Origin: Escherichia phage Haito_Bas83
Sequence record: PQ850604.1
Length of the DNA: 44,876 bases
Direction: 5' to 3' (one strand)
The notes under the pieces: model-generated
Told to the model about the DNA's origin: nothing
Databases searched by the model: none
Seen by the model: the letters and a program-made list of their open reading frames with translations, nothing else
Position numbers and translations under genes: made by a program
Shown: piece after piece, positions 17,552-27,228 of the stretch
Layout of the letters: each line of letters starts with the position of its first letter
Position numbering within the stretch: position 1 is the first letter of the stretch

Positions 17552-20500
17552 CGATTATCTACGACGTCACGGGCCATAAAGGCGGCGGTGGCAAACAGCA
17601 CACCCCACAGGAGACGCCTGATAGCCTGCATTCGCTGGCTAAAATCCGCATCTTGCTCGCACTGGGCGAGGGCGAATTTGAAGGCATTCCCGACCCTAAC
17701 GAATTACGGCAGCGTGTATACCTGGACGGCACACCGATCCAGAACGCCGACCTGTCGGATAACTTCCCCGGCGCGCGCGTGGAGTTCCGCCCCGGCACGC
17801 AGCACCAGGATGTGATTCACGGTTTTTCAGCGGTGGAAAGCGAGCAAACAGTAGGCGTAAAACTGGAACAGGGACAGCCGTGGGTCCGCCAGATTTCGGA
17901 CACCAGTCTGGACGCGGTGCGTATTCGAATCGGTATTCCGGCCCTGTACACTAACGAAGATAATGGCGACCTGGTGGGCGGGCGCATCGACTATAAAATC
18001 GTTGTGTATACCGATAACGCCGATCCGCGCGAGTTTACATTCGCTGCCGTTGGTAAAACAATGTCGCTGTACGAGCGGGACCACCGCATCGAATTACCGC
18101 CGAACGTTAACACCGGCTGGCGCGTGGAGGTGCACCGCACAACGGCAGACTCCACATCGGCGAAAGTGGTCAACGATATCCAGGTACAATCCATTACTGA
18201 GATTATCGACGCCCGCCTGCGTTACCCGCTAACCGCGCTGTTGTTCGTGGAGTTCGATGCTAAGGCGTTCCAGAACATCCCGCGTGTGTCCATCAAGTGC
18301 AAAGGCCGCAAAGTGCTAGTACCGAACAACTATGACCCCGTGAATCATACCTATTCTGGTAACTGGGACGGCACATTTAAACGCGCCTGGACGGATAACC
18401 CGGCATGGCACTGGTACGATATTTGTATTACTGAGCGCTTCGGCCTCGGTCGTCGTGTCAAGCCACAAATGCTAAACCGTTACGCGCTCTACCAGATTGC
18501 GCAGCGCTGCGATCAGATGGTCAGTGACGGCAACGGCGGACAAGAAATCCGCTTTAAGAATGATATGTACATTCAGTCGCAGACCGACGCCTGGACCGTG
18601 CTGAAGGATTTAGCGGCAATCTTTGCCGGTATGACCTGGTGGGGCAACCAGATGTTGAATATCGTCAGTGACCAGCCGGTCGCCGCGGTATCGCATACTA
18701 TCACCAACGCCTCGGTTATTGATGGTCGATTCGACTACGCATCGGGGAGCCAGAAAACTCGGTATTCCACGTTCTCGGTAGCCTACGGCAACCCGAAAAA
18801 CCATTACGAGGACGCCATCGCAACGGGCCAGCGTGTCGAACTGGTGCGCCGCCATAAGATTAACCGCCTTGATATCACGGCGATCGGCTGTACGCGTGAA
18901 TCTGAAGCGCAACGCCGCGGGCACTGGGCGCTAATCTCCAACCAGCTTGACCAACAAGTTAGCTTCAAGGTTGGCATGGAGGGGTTATTCTTTATTCCGG
19001 GGAGCGTAGTTGCGATCGCAGATACTAACATTTCTGGCGGCTTCGAGACACGCGGCGGACGTCTGTTGTCTGACCCGGGCACGCGCACCGTGCTGAACAC
19101 AGACAGCGAAATCACGTTCCGCCCTGGTGATAAATTCCTGGTGCGCACCAATAGCGGTAATGTGGAGACTCGCGAGATTGCCAGCGTCAACGGCAACCAG
19201 GTCACACTAAAAACCGCACTGGACGCCGACCCTATTCCAGACCAGCCGTTTTGCGTGGATGGCGATGATATCCAGTTGCAGAAGTTCCGCATCACCGACC
19301 TGGAATATGACGACGCTACCAGCACTTTTTCGGTGCGCGGGATTGAGTACAACGATAGCAAATATGATGCCGTTGATAATGGCGCGCGTCTTGATCCGGG
19401 TATATTCACGCAAGTGCCAGACGGCGTAATGAAGGGACCGGAATCCGTGACCATCACCCCGTCGCAGATTTCATCACAAGGCCAGCTAATCACTAACGTG
19501 GATATTGTATTCCCACCGGTGAAGGATGCCGTTGTGTACGAAATCCAGTGGCGACGTACCAGCTTGCAGAATCTGGAAGTACAGTGGGGCAACGACTGGG
19601 TGAACATCCCCCGCACGGCGTCGAACGGCGCGCACATCCCGAACGTGTTTTCGGGTAACTACCAGGCACGCGTCCGCGCTATCGGTATGGGCGAGATTTC
19701 ATCCCCGTGGGTGTCATCCGCCATCACGCCGGTGGAGGGTCGTCTTGGTGGGCTTAACGCGCCTATCATCACCAACGCGATTTCGGGCCTTCACCAAATT
19801 TTGTGGAAGTGGAACCACAACAACGCCGCGACGGATATTTCGTATACCGAGCTTGAAGTGCGCAAGCTGGGAGAAACGGAATGGAAATTCCTAACCAACG
19901 TCCCATATCCTGGGTCGGACTATGCACAAACGTCGCTGGAGTTCGGGATCTATCAGCAGTTGCGCGCGCGTGTAGCGGATAAAATCGGCAACCTGTCAGA
20001 CTGGTCCGATCCGTTCGACGGGCAGGTGAGTGACAAAGTTGACGAGTACATGCAGGGGCTTGATGACGAGTTCTTGACTTCCGAGGACGGTAAACACTTC
20101 CAGGAAGCAATCGACACCATTCCGCAAGGCATCTATGAGTCAATGCTTACGGACGCCCAGCAGTTATTCAACGCCCGCGCCGAGTATAAAGGGATTTATG
20201 CGGAAATTACGGTGGCGTATAACGTGGCGGCGGATGCTCACGAAGCCGTAGCGCAACTGGAGACGTTGATCGGCACGCGCCTTGACGATGCGGAAGCGTC
20301 AATCCACACGTTGCAGACAGCGCAAAGCACGCATGAGCAAGCATTCGCCCAGTACCAACAAACTGTTGCCGCTAAGTTCGGGGAGCAGGAAGCTGCCATC
20401 CAGCAGGTACAAACGGCAACGGCAGACGTAGCTGGCGCGCTGGCGGAGTATAAGACCCAGGTCGCGGCACAGTTCGGACAGCAGTCCGCAGCTATCGAGC

Positions 20501-20994
20501 AGAAGATGACGTCTTCGTTTAACCATGCTGGCGGTAGCGCCACCTACAGCCTAAAAGCTGGCGTGACGTATAACGGGACTTACTATGATGCCGGTATGCA
20601 GCTTTCAGTTGTGGCGGAAGGTGGCGCGGTTAAATCCCGCATCGCGTTCAAGGCGGACCAGTTCTACATCATGCACCCGTCAAATGGGTCGCTTTCGTCC
20701 GCGTTCATCGTTGACGGCGGGCAGGTGTATATCGACACGGCACGCATCAAGAACGCGTCCATTAACTTCGCGCAGATCACGGACACGCTGCAATCCAATA
20801 ACTGGAATCCGGGTAACAGCGGCTGGCGTATCGCGAAGGATGGCGGGGCAGAGTTCAACAACGTTACGGTACGCGGCAACCTGTACGCAAATACGGGTAA
20901 CTTCGGATTCTCCGGCGGGTCAGTGACTATTGACGCAACGGGCGTCAACGTGCCATTACCTGGAGGGGGCAGGGTGAAAGTCGGAACGTGGTAA
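17548..20994 (+). CDS. central tail fiber / host specificity protein J-like
   Basis: 1148-aa ORF at the end of the M-L-K-I-J series; size and position match lambda J. Confidence 0.8.
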   Translation: MTIIYDVTGHKGGGGKQHTPQETPDSLHSLAKIRILLALGEGEFEGIPDPNELRQRVYLDGTPIQNADLSDNFPGARVEFRPGTQHQDVIHGFSAVESEQTVGVKLEQGQPWVRQISDTSLDAVRIRIGIPALYTNEDNGDLVGGRIDYKIVVYTDNADPREFTFAAVGKTMSLYERDHRIELPPNVNTGWRVEVHRTTADSTSAKVVNDIQVQSITEIIDARLRYPLTALLFVEFDAKAFQNIPRVSIKCKGRKVLVPNNYDPVNHTYSGNWDGTFKRAWTDNPAWHWYDICITERFGLGRRVKPQMLNRYALYQIAQRCDQMVSDGNGGQEIRFKNDMYIQSQTDAWTVLKDLAAIFAGMTWWGNQMLNIVSDQPVAAVSHTITNASVIDGRFDYASGSQKTRYSTFSVAYGNPKNHYEDAIATGQRVELVRRHKINRLDITAIGCTRESEAQRRGHWALISNQLDQQVSFKVGMEGLFFIPGSVVAIADTNISGGFETRGGRLLSDPGTRTVLNTDSEITFRPGDKFLVRTNSGNVETREIASVNGNQVTLKTALDADPIPDQPFCVDGDDIQLQKFRITDLEYDDATSTFSVRGIEYNDSKYDAVDNGARLDPGIFTQVPDGVMKGPESVTITPSQISSQGQLITNVDIVFPPVKDAVVYEIQWRRTSLQNLEVQWGNDWVNIPRTASNGAHIPNVFSGNYQARVRAIGMGEISSPWVSSAITPVEGRLGGLNAPIITNAISGLHQILWKWNHNNAATDISYTELEVRKLGETEWKFLTNVPYPGSDYAQTSLEFGIYQQLRARVADKIGNLSDWSDPFDGQVSDKVDEYMQGLDDEFLTSEDGKHFQEAIDTIPQGIYESMLTDAQQLFNARAEYKGIYAEITVAYNVAADAHEAVAQLETLIGTRLDDAEASIHTLQTAQSTHEQAFAQYQQTVAAKFGEQEAAIQQVQTATADVAGALAEYKTQVAAQFGQQSAAIEQKMTSSFNHAGGSATYSLKAGVTYNGTYYDAGMQLSVVAEGGAVKSRIAFKADQFYIMHPSNGSLSSAFIVDGGQVYIDTARIKNASINFAQITDTLQSNNWNPGNSGWRIAKDGGAEFNNVTVRGNLYANTGNFGFSGGSVTIDATGVNVPLPGGGRVKVGTW

Positions 20995-21002
20995 ATGCGA
21001 AG

Positions 21003-21024
21003 GGGCCAGATGGCCCCTTTTTTA
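21003..21024. terminator. rho-independent terminator after J
   Basis: GGGGCC-AGAT-GGCCCC plus TTTTTT; the convergent minus-strand gene ends at 21022. Confidence 0.6.
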
Positions 21025-21987
21025 ATAGATGTTAGGGATGACTAATAGCGGGGTGGGTACGGCAATATTTTTGCCCGGCATTTGGAATTGCTGCCGTGAG
21101 TAGTTGCCAATAACGCGGTTTTTAGCGATGCGCACATTATTACCCGCCATTCGTATCCCGTTCATGCGCACATGGTTATAGCCTCCGTTGTTCTCAATGA
21201 GCGCACCGGTATATGAAAGCTGGATCAGACTATTACCGATGTGCTGGTCGCCGCCACCGATATTAATCGTTCGGTCGTAGACAAACGGCTTGTTTACCGT
21301 CGAGAACGTGACCTGCCCCTGGTTGTTAGTCATGGTGATACCGGTCCCCGGTGAGGGCGGCGTATTGTTGAATATGACCAGGTCCATATCAACGGCAGCG
21401 CCTACGTCGTCAATCCCGCCATAGGACGCATTACGGACAATGATACTTCCGCCATCGAAGCCAACCGATACGTTGCCGTCGTCCCAGCGCGCGAACGGGA
21501 CACCGCCGACTGGTAGCGGCATACTTCCGTTTACATGCACGCGCTGCGCATATCGGCACGTCATTAGCCGTGATACGTTGGATATGGCGGTGAAGTCCGT
21601 TGAGTTAGCCACCAGTAAGCCCGCATTGCGTGACCCCACCGGCAGCACTTCCATAATCACCCCGCCCCATGTTGGAAGCCCGCTGTATGCGTTATAGGCG
21701 TCCTCACCGCGCAAGGTGATTCCGCCATCCCCGTTACGTTGTATCGACGTCACATAAAACGGGTCTGGCAAGACCAGGGTCTGGTCGAATACCTCAATCA
21801 CTTCAACCGGATTAGTTAGGGCAACGACCAGTTCGGACCCTGGTGTCAGCGGTGTGTTAATGGACAGCGTCTTGTCAGACTGACAGCGCTGATTAAAGGT
21901 AGTGCAAAACGACGGAGCGCGAAGGCCCGCGGTTATCTCCATGACAGGTCTACCGTCGTTGTAGTCGATTAATATTCCGGCACCCAT
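21022..21987 (-). CDS. putative receptor-binding protein (opposite strand, downstream of J)
   Basis: 321 aa from ATG 21987 (RBS GGGAGTGG); Gly/Asn-rich with repetitive strand-like segments; translationally coupled to the upstream lipoprotein gene; location matches separately encoded RBP loci of siphoviruses. Confidence 0.35.
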   Translation of the reverse strand: MGAGILIDYNDGRPVMEITAGLRAPSFCTTFNQRCQSDKTLSINTPLTPGSELVVALTNPVEVIEVFDQTLVLPDPFYVTSIQRNGDGGITLRGEDAYNAYSGLPTWGGVIMEVLPVGSRNAGLLVANSTDFTAISNVSRLMTCRYAQRVHVNGSMPLPVGGVPFARWDDGNVSVGFDGGSIIVRNASYGGIDDVGAAVDMDLVIFNNTPPSPGTGITMTNNQGQVTFSTVNKPFVYDRTINIGGGDQHIGNSLIQLSYTGALIENNGGYNHVRMNGIRMAGNNVRIAKNRVIGNYSRQQFQMPGKNIAVPTPLLVIPNIY

Positions 21988-21989
21988 TA

Positions 21990-22211
21990 TTACCACTCCC
22001 GTGATTTAACTGATACAGTACCGGAAAAATTGCCGTCGCTATCGGCAGACAGGCCAGTGAAGCGCATGTCAACATCTCCGGCAGGGACTTTTTGCCCGTC
22101 AACGTAACGCAACATGCAGCTTCCGTAAGCCACCGTAATGCAATCACCGTTGTTGCGTTCTACAGCACAACCGGACAAAAGGACCGCACAAATCATAATT
22201 AAAGTTTTCAT
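21990..22211 (-). CDS. small lipoprotein, superinfection-exclusion candidate (Cor/Llp-like)
   Basis: Start at 22211 with RBS AGGAG; signal peptide MKTLIMICAVLLSGC with lipobox LSGC; 73 aa; adjacent to receptor-binding genes. Confidence 0.5.
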   Translation of the reverse strand: MKTLIMICAVLLSGCAVERNNGDCITVAYGSCMLRYVDGQKVPAGDVDMRFTGLSADSDGNFSGTVSVKSREW

Positions 22212-22291
22212 GTTATCATCTCCTATATTTGGTTGAGTTTTAGTATTACACCGCTCAACCAAGAATGCAACCAATTTATGAGGATTCAGCT

Positions 22292-24070
22292 ATGGCAGCG
22301 GGTACACTATCCGTAACGAATAACAGCAAGGCGGTTGTGGGCGTCGGCACAACGCTTACCGCGCTGAAGGCTGGCGACTTCCTGTCGCTGGTAGTGGGGC
22401 AAGTCCCTTACACTGTCGCTATTGCATCCGTAGAAAGCGACACCGCGCTTACGCTGGTGCTGCCGTTCGATGGCCCAACGGCAACCGGCCTCGCATGGGA
22501 TAGCGTGGCGCGCGATACCATGTCCCTTGCAACGATGGGTGTAACCGTCCAGGCGCAGAAAGCGCTCCGTATGCTTATCGCGGACGAAAACAACTGGCGT
22601 GCAATCTTCGGCGACGCTGAGGAGATCACTGTCACGCTCCCGAACGGGCAAGTAATGCAGGGTATGTCATGGGGCTATCTGTCGCAATTGCTCAAGCAAG
22701 TTGACCCCGTAGAGATGCGCAACCTGCAACAACAAGCCGCCGCATCGGAAGCCGCCGCGCAGGGATACCGGAACGAGGCAGAAGGCTTCAAGACTGATAC
22801 GCAGGCGATCCACGACGCCACCGATCAGATTAAGACTGATACGCAGGCGATCCACGACGCCACCAACACCATCAAGACGCAGACCAACCAGATTAAGACT
22901 GATACGCAGGCCATCAAGGACGAGACTGACCAGATTAAGACGGATACTGGCGCTATTCGCGATCAGGCCAATACAGCGAAGACGGACGCGCAAGCCGCCC
23001 GTGATGCCGCGCGGGGATACCGGAACGAGGCCGAACAATTCAAGAATGAGATCGACCCGTCGAAATTGCTGGCAAAGGCCAGCAACCTTAGCGACGTTGC
23101 AGACGTTGCAGAAGCGCGCGACAACTTAGGTATCGGGCCGACGGATACACTTAATATTGGTGGCCTGGTAACGTCCGGCGGTATCTCCGCGGGTCGAAAC
23201 ACGTGGGACGGGTCAAACTGGGGTGGCCAGGCGATTAACATCTCGCTAGCCATCCTATCACCAGACGGAAACTCAACACCCGGCTTATATGTGCGCAAAA
23301 GCAACGGCGAAAACGGATATGCGACTGAATGGCTGTATTATGAGAACACGAACGCCTGGGCGACGAACGCGCGAGTTGTCAGCTATCAATTCCGTTCCCC
23401 GAAGGGGCCTATGGGTTATAGTCAGTTGTGGTCTGAAGCTGCGGTACGAGTGGACCCGTACAACGGGCAGCTTAACGCGGAAAACTATCAGTCGTTAGTC
23501 GCGGGGGCGGCTGCGACGCAAGGCCACGGATTTGCGGGCGGTGTTTCGTTCGGGCTTATGACCACCGGCAGCAACAACTGGCCCCGGGCGCAGATCTCGA
23601 TCGGCACACAGGACCGTGACGCCGCGGGGAATATGGGGCAGCAGATGCATTTTCGCTTTGATGACCAGGGGCGGATCTCTTACAACGGGCCGCAAGGCAC
23701 GGGGTCATTCCAGCAAGTGCCCGCATCGGACCGCAACCTGAAGCATGATATTGCCGATGATGCCAGCAGCACCGCCTACGACAACATCAAGGCGATGCGA
23801 TTCCGCACGTTCATATTCAACAACGACGAACAAGAACGGCAGCGCCGCGGGATTATTGCGCAGGAAGTGGAAGAAATCGACCCGCTGTATGTGAAGCACC
23901 GAGAGTATAACAACCATGAGTTAAACGGGCCATTGATGCACCAGCTTGAACTGGACACAACGCCGCTGCTACTCGACACTATGCGCGCGTTGCAGGATAC
24001 GATTAAGCAGGTGGAGGAGTTGAAGGCCGAGATCGCAGCTATGAAACAAGTGGAGGAGTTGAAGAAATAA
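22292..24070 (+). CDS. side tail fiber with C-terminal intramolecular chaperone (peptidase S74-like) domain
   Basis: Start MAAGTLSVTN with RBS GAGGA (track ORF starts 27 nt earlier); tandem 14-aa repeats (TDTQAIHDATDQIK); C-terminal ...SDRNLKHDIAD...MRFRTFIFNNDEQERQRRGIIAQEVEEIDPLYV... resembles the autocleaving chaperone domain of endosialidase and T5 L-shaped fibers. Confidence 0.7.
   Translation: MAAGTLSVTNNSKAVVGVGTTLTALKAGDFLSLVVGQVPYTVAIASVESDTALTLVLPFDGPTATGLAWDSVARDTMSLATMGVTVQAQKALRMLIADENNWRAIFGDAEEITVTLPNGQVMQGMSWGYLSQLLKQVDPVEMRNLQQQAAASEAAAQGYRNEAEGFKTDTQAIHDATDQIKTDTQAIHDATNTIKTQTNQIKTDTQAIKDETDQIKTDTGAIRDQANTAKTDAQAARDAARGYRNEAEQFKNEIDPSKLLAKASNLSDVADVAEARDNLGIGPTDTLNIGGLVTSGGISAGRNTWDGSNWGGQAINISLAILSPDGNSTPGLYVRKSNGENGYATEWLYYENTNAWATNARVVSYQFRSPKGPMGYSQLWSEAAVRVDPYNGQLNAENYQSLVAGAAATQGHGFAGGVSFGLMTTGSNNWPRAQISIGTQDRDAAGNMGQQMHFRFDDQGRISYNGPQGTGSFQQVPASDRNLKHDIADDASSTAYDNIKAMRFRTFIFNNDEQERQRRGIIAQEVEEIDPLYVKHREYNNHELNGPLMHQLELDTTPLLLDTMRALQDTIKQVEELKAEIAAMKQVEELKK
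22791..22979 (+). repeat. in-frame tandem ~42-bp repeats within the fiber gene
   Basis: AAGACTGATACGCAGGCGATCCACGACGCCACC... repeated about four times with variation. Confidence 0.6.
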
Positions 24071-24074
24071 GAGA

Positions 24075-24096
24075 GGGGCCATACGGCCCCTTTTTT
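24075..24096. terminator. rho-independent terminator after fiber gene
   Basis: GGGGCC-ATAC-GGCCCC plus TTTTTT. Confidence 0.6.
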
Positions 24097-24670
24097 AGTT
24101 TGAGTTTTCCCAGTCCATTTTACGCCGCACTAGCGGGCTTTCGTAATATTCCTTACCTTCTACTTCCACCAGGGGCCAATCGTTAACAATTACGTATGGC
24201 TCCGCAATATCCTCAATCACGCCGTGCGCGCTATGTTGCCCGAACGATACGCCCACCAGGATGACACCGGCAACTCGACGGGTTAGATACTCGCGAGCGC
24301 AACGGGCCTCGACCAGTCCTCGACGGATGCCGCTGGTGGCTTTGACCTCGTAGGTCCAGACGGCATCAATCATGTGCTCACGGAAGTCGGGGCCGGACTT
24401 AACCTTGCGTTTACCAACCATGATAATATCGCCGCGGTCGATAGTATTGGCGCTAAACAGGCCGGTACGCATAAGTAAGCCTTGCGGGATACAACTACGC
24501 CCGCCTGCCTGCCCTTCAAGGTACATGCCTGCAAACATCTCGCCCAGCACACCGACAAGTCGGCTTTGCTTGCACGCGTCAGACTTTAAGCGCCACTGGT
24601 CAAACTCGACGCTTGCTAACATTGCCGCGATGTGGAATTGTTTACCGGTTATTTCATATTCGCCATACAT
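24095..24670 (-). CDS. hypothetical protein, possible PD-(D/E)xK-type nuclease fold
   Basis: 191 aa; RBS GAGGAC; weak motif GDIIMVG...TYEVKAT only. Confidence 0.4.
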   Translation of the reverse strand: MYGEYEITGKQFHIAAMLASVEFDQWRLKSDACKQSRLVGVLGEMFAGMYLEGQAGGRSCIPQGLLMRTGLFSANTIDRGDIIMVGKRKVKSGPDFREHMIDAVWTYEVKATSGIRRGLVEARCAREYLTRRVAGVILVGVSFGQHSAHGVIEDIAEPYVIVNDWPLVEVEGKEYYESPLVRRKMDWENSN

Positions 24671-24712
24671 TGTGAAGTCCTCATTGCTGCGGGCCGAAGC
24701 CCGCTATTAGAA

Positions 24713-25234
24713 TTATTTAAGTGCGCTAGTCACCAGTGTTTTTTCCATGTTGCGGAAGTCTTCCGGCGTCATGAGAATTTTGGACCCATCCTCGCCAGTG
24801 AGCACGACCTTAGGCTGGACTTCTTGATCTACCACACCGAAATTGGCGGCGTTAACCATCTTGCCAGCAGATGACGAAGGATGCCACGCACCGGCAATGT
24901 CAAGGGGCCAACCCTTGAGGCTGTCGAATTGCGCTGCCGTTGTATCGATCTGAATCTCATCATGCACGGTCATGTGCGACTCACCCAGTAGTGCGGCATA
25001 CGCAACCAGGTCAACAATATTGTCTTCCTGGTGCTTACGGTGCTGGCGCACCAGCTTCAGGCAGATCAGGAAGGTCCAGGCTTCTTGCTCTGTAAGGTCG
25101 CGACCGGTAAGCGCGTTAAACACGGCAGCGATTTGCTTCGCGCTGCGTTCTTCTTTCGCGTTATCATAGCCGTTCTCTTTCCCGCGCTGTTCCATAGTGG
25201 TGGCGGCGTTCTTGCAGTATTCAAATGCTTTCAT
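24713..25234 (-). CDS. hypothetical protein
   Basis: Start MKAFEY with RBS AAGGAAAAC (track ORF extends further upstream); 173 aa. Confidence 0.45.
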   Translation of the reverse strand: MKAFEYCKNAATTMEQRGKENGYDNAKEERSAKQIAAVFNALTGRDLTEQEAWTFLICLKLVRQHRKHQEDNIVDLVAYAALLGESHMTVHDEIQIDTTAAQFDSLKGWPLDIAGAWHPSSSAGKMVNAANFGVVDQEVQPKVVLTGEDGSKILMTPEDFRNMEKTLVTSALK

Positions 25235-25279
25235 GATGTTTTCCTTTTTAGTGGGGGCCGGATTGCCCCCGACGAGATA

Positions 25280-25309
25280 ACTATAGTGCAACCAACCTAT
25301 TGGTTGCAA
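25280..25309 (-). promoter_or_regulatory. putative promoter containing palindromic TGCAACCAA..TTGGTTGCA
   Basis: Minus strand reads TTGCAA, 18-bp spacer, TATAGT; the palindrome at 25288-25308 occupies the spacer. Confidence 0.3.
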
Positions 25310-25767
25310 GTAAATTTTGCTACGTTTATAGAATAAATTTTAGGGACCAGATCGCTGCACGCCCGACGGATGGCGTCAATATTCTTAGCGCAGTCTTCAA
25401 TGATGACCAGTTCGGACACGTTCGCATAGCATACAAGGTTGAATACGGCGCTCGCCTTAAACACCGGCGGCGGGGTGTCGTCCAACATTTCGCGCAAGAA
25501 CAGCCGACCAGACGGGAATATTTTCAACTGTTCGGCGGTAGTCTCCCAGCACGCATAATGCCGGTTAGACAGATACGCGATCTCGAAGCCTTGCTCTTTG
25601 TACATGCGCAGCAACGGCAGCATGTCCATGTTAAGGTCTTCGCGTACGTGTGCTTTGTGCCACTTCGCCCAAAAGGTTGATTTGGTTTTTATGCCAGGCA
25701 CCAGGTCAGCACGCGCATCACTTGAACCATTAATAACGCCATCCAGATCACAAATCAGTAGTTTCAT
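25297..25767 (-). CDS. HAD-superfamily phosphatase-like protein (putative)
   Basis: N-terminal MKLLICDLDGV matches HAD motif I (DxDxV); 156 aa. Confidence 0.4.
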   Translation of the reverse strand: MKLLICDLDGVINGSSDARADLVPGIKTKSTFWAKWHKAHVREDLNMDMLPLLRMYKEQGFEIAYLSNRHYACWETTAEQLKIFPSGRLFLREMLDDTPPPVFKASAVFNLVCYANVSELVIIEDCAKNIDAIRRACSDLVPKIYSINVAKFTCNQ

Positions 25768-25988
25768 TTTAAGCTCTCAATAAGGGTGTAACGGGCGCTT
25801 CGCGCAGTAAAGGAGTTGCACACGAAATGGCAACGCTGAGTCATGACAAGCCAACCGGTGAGGTCAAGGCCCAGGATGTATTCGGGGCGAGACGCGCGCA
25901 CCACACGATTGCGTCGCGGATCAATACCGTAGTCTTTTTGCATTTGGTCTACTACCGCGGGGTCGCGGTCAACGATTAAGATATTCAA
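25764..25988 (-). CDS. hypothetical protein
   Basis: 74-aa ORF whose start and stop overlap the neighbouring genes. Confidence 0.35.
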   Translation of the reverse strand: MNILIVDRDPAVVDQMQKDYGIDPRRNRVVRASRPEYILGLDLTGWLVMTQRCHFVCNSFTARSARYTLIESLK

Positions 25989-26454
25989 GGAGTTCTCCTT
26001 CGCTCATTATTTCAATTTGTGCGCTGCCGATGGGTGGCGCTTCGTCAAATATTATCAATTGCTGGCACTTGTTATTGCTCGGCCCAACTTCGCCGGTCAC
26101 AGCATGGATGAATCGCACACGCCAGTCCAGAAGAATTATCATGTTGGCAGTCTTCCGGGCCAGCCTCGCCCACTTCGTCGACGTGTCCTGATTCAGTAGC
26201 ATGACCGTATGGCGACCGTGCGCAGCGCACTCGACCCACGGCAGCGGATCGGAATACGGCGGATTGCACCACTTCCACCCTTTCAACTCTGACCAGTCCG
26301 CCTCAAGCGCGCTATGCTCTGCCGTGAAGTAGCGCGGTAACAGGTGATTGGTGTCGCTTGCCGCCATATCGTAACGAAATCGGTACTTACGGCGCAGCGG
26401 TTTAAATAATGCTGGCGGCGTGCGCCAGCTATCCTTTTGCTCACTCTTCTGCAT
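25969..26454 (-). CDS. DNA N6-adenine methyltransferase (phage Dam-like)
   Basis: SWRTPP near the N-terminus and the catalytic WCNPPYS motif; 161 aa, the small phage Dam type. Confidence 0.65.
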   Translation of the reverse strand: MQKSEQKDSWRTPPALFKPLRRKYRFRYDMAASDTNHLLPRYFTAEHSALEADWSELKGWKWCNPPYSDPLPWVECAAHGRHTVMLLNQDTSTKWARLARKTANMIILLDWRVRFIHAVTGEVGPSNNKCQQLIIFDEAPPIGSAQIEIMSEGELLEYLNR

Positions 26455-26905
26455 GGTCGGTGTCTATCGCGTAAAGGGCAATCTTGTCCCCTTTCTTTAG
26501 GATTCGCTGCAATCGCTGCGTCTCCGACACCCCCAAAGGGCGCGCGTCCGGGTAGAAGTTGCCGTTTGTTGGGTGTCTCCACGCGACCAGCACCAGGTCT
26601 TTACGGGCGACCGCAGACTGGCGGCCCTTCGGACGCACGTACGCCTCGGCACGTTTGCAATGCTCACGCAGACCTTCAGCCGTCATGCGATTAAGCACCG
26701 CGGTGGTTTTGTATCCGGTGCGCTGCATAATCCCCATCAGTTCGAACAGCAGTTCGAAGCGCTCCTCTAACTCCTTGCGCACCTTCTCCTCACCTTCATA
26801 GCTCGCAAGGTAGGTGTCTGCCAGCGCGTTCGCGCGTTCGGCCTGTTCGCGGGCTTCGAGGCACTGCGCGGCCCAGTAATTTTTCTCTTCTTGTAAAATT
26901 TTCAT
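26441..26905 (-). CDS. hypothetical protein
   Basis: 154 aa; charged, helix-rich N-terminal half. Confidence 0.4.
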   Translation of the reverse strand: MKILQEEKNYWAAQCLEAREQAERANALADTYLASYEGEEKVRKELEERFELLFELMGIMQRTGYKTTAVLNRMTAEGLREHCKRAEAYVRPKGRQSAVARKDLVLVAWRHPTNGNFYPDARPLGVSETQRLQRILKKGDKIALYAIDTDHAEE

Positions 26906-27148
26906 TTATTTAAGCTCCGTAGTGCGGATTTCATCGCGTGGGATAAATTTGCCGTCCATCTCTACCCAGCAAACACCGTAGCGCCATTGGGTATTACGGC
27001 CTGTTTGCTCGGCGTACACGGTCTGGCATTCGTAGCGGTCGACGTAGTAAATAGCCGTAGAAGGGATACCAATACAACCGGCAAACATGAGGGTTAGTAT
27101 TACCCAAAATCGAAGGTCGCCATCGTAGTCGAAAAACAATGATTTCAT
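26906..27148 (-). CDS. small membrane protein (putative)
   Basis: Start MKSLFF with RBS GGAGAC; hydrophobic segment WVILTLMFAGCIGIP. Confidence 0.35.
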   Translation of the reverse strand: MKSLFFDYDGDLRFWVILTLMFAGCIGIPSTAIYYVDRYECQTVYAEQTGRNTQWRYGVCWVEMDGKFIPRDEIRTTELK

Positions 27149-27228
27149 CGTAATGTCTCCAGGTATTAAAAAGGGCGTCCAACCGGACACCCTTAAGATA
27201 ATGCAACCAATCTAATTACGCAACCAAT

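Noticed and set aside
18804-19637. 277-aa minus-strand ORF inside the J gene
   Set aside because: Entirely embedded antisense in a long, well-supported structural gene; Ser/Cys/Arg-rich; no RBS or promoter context.
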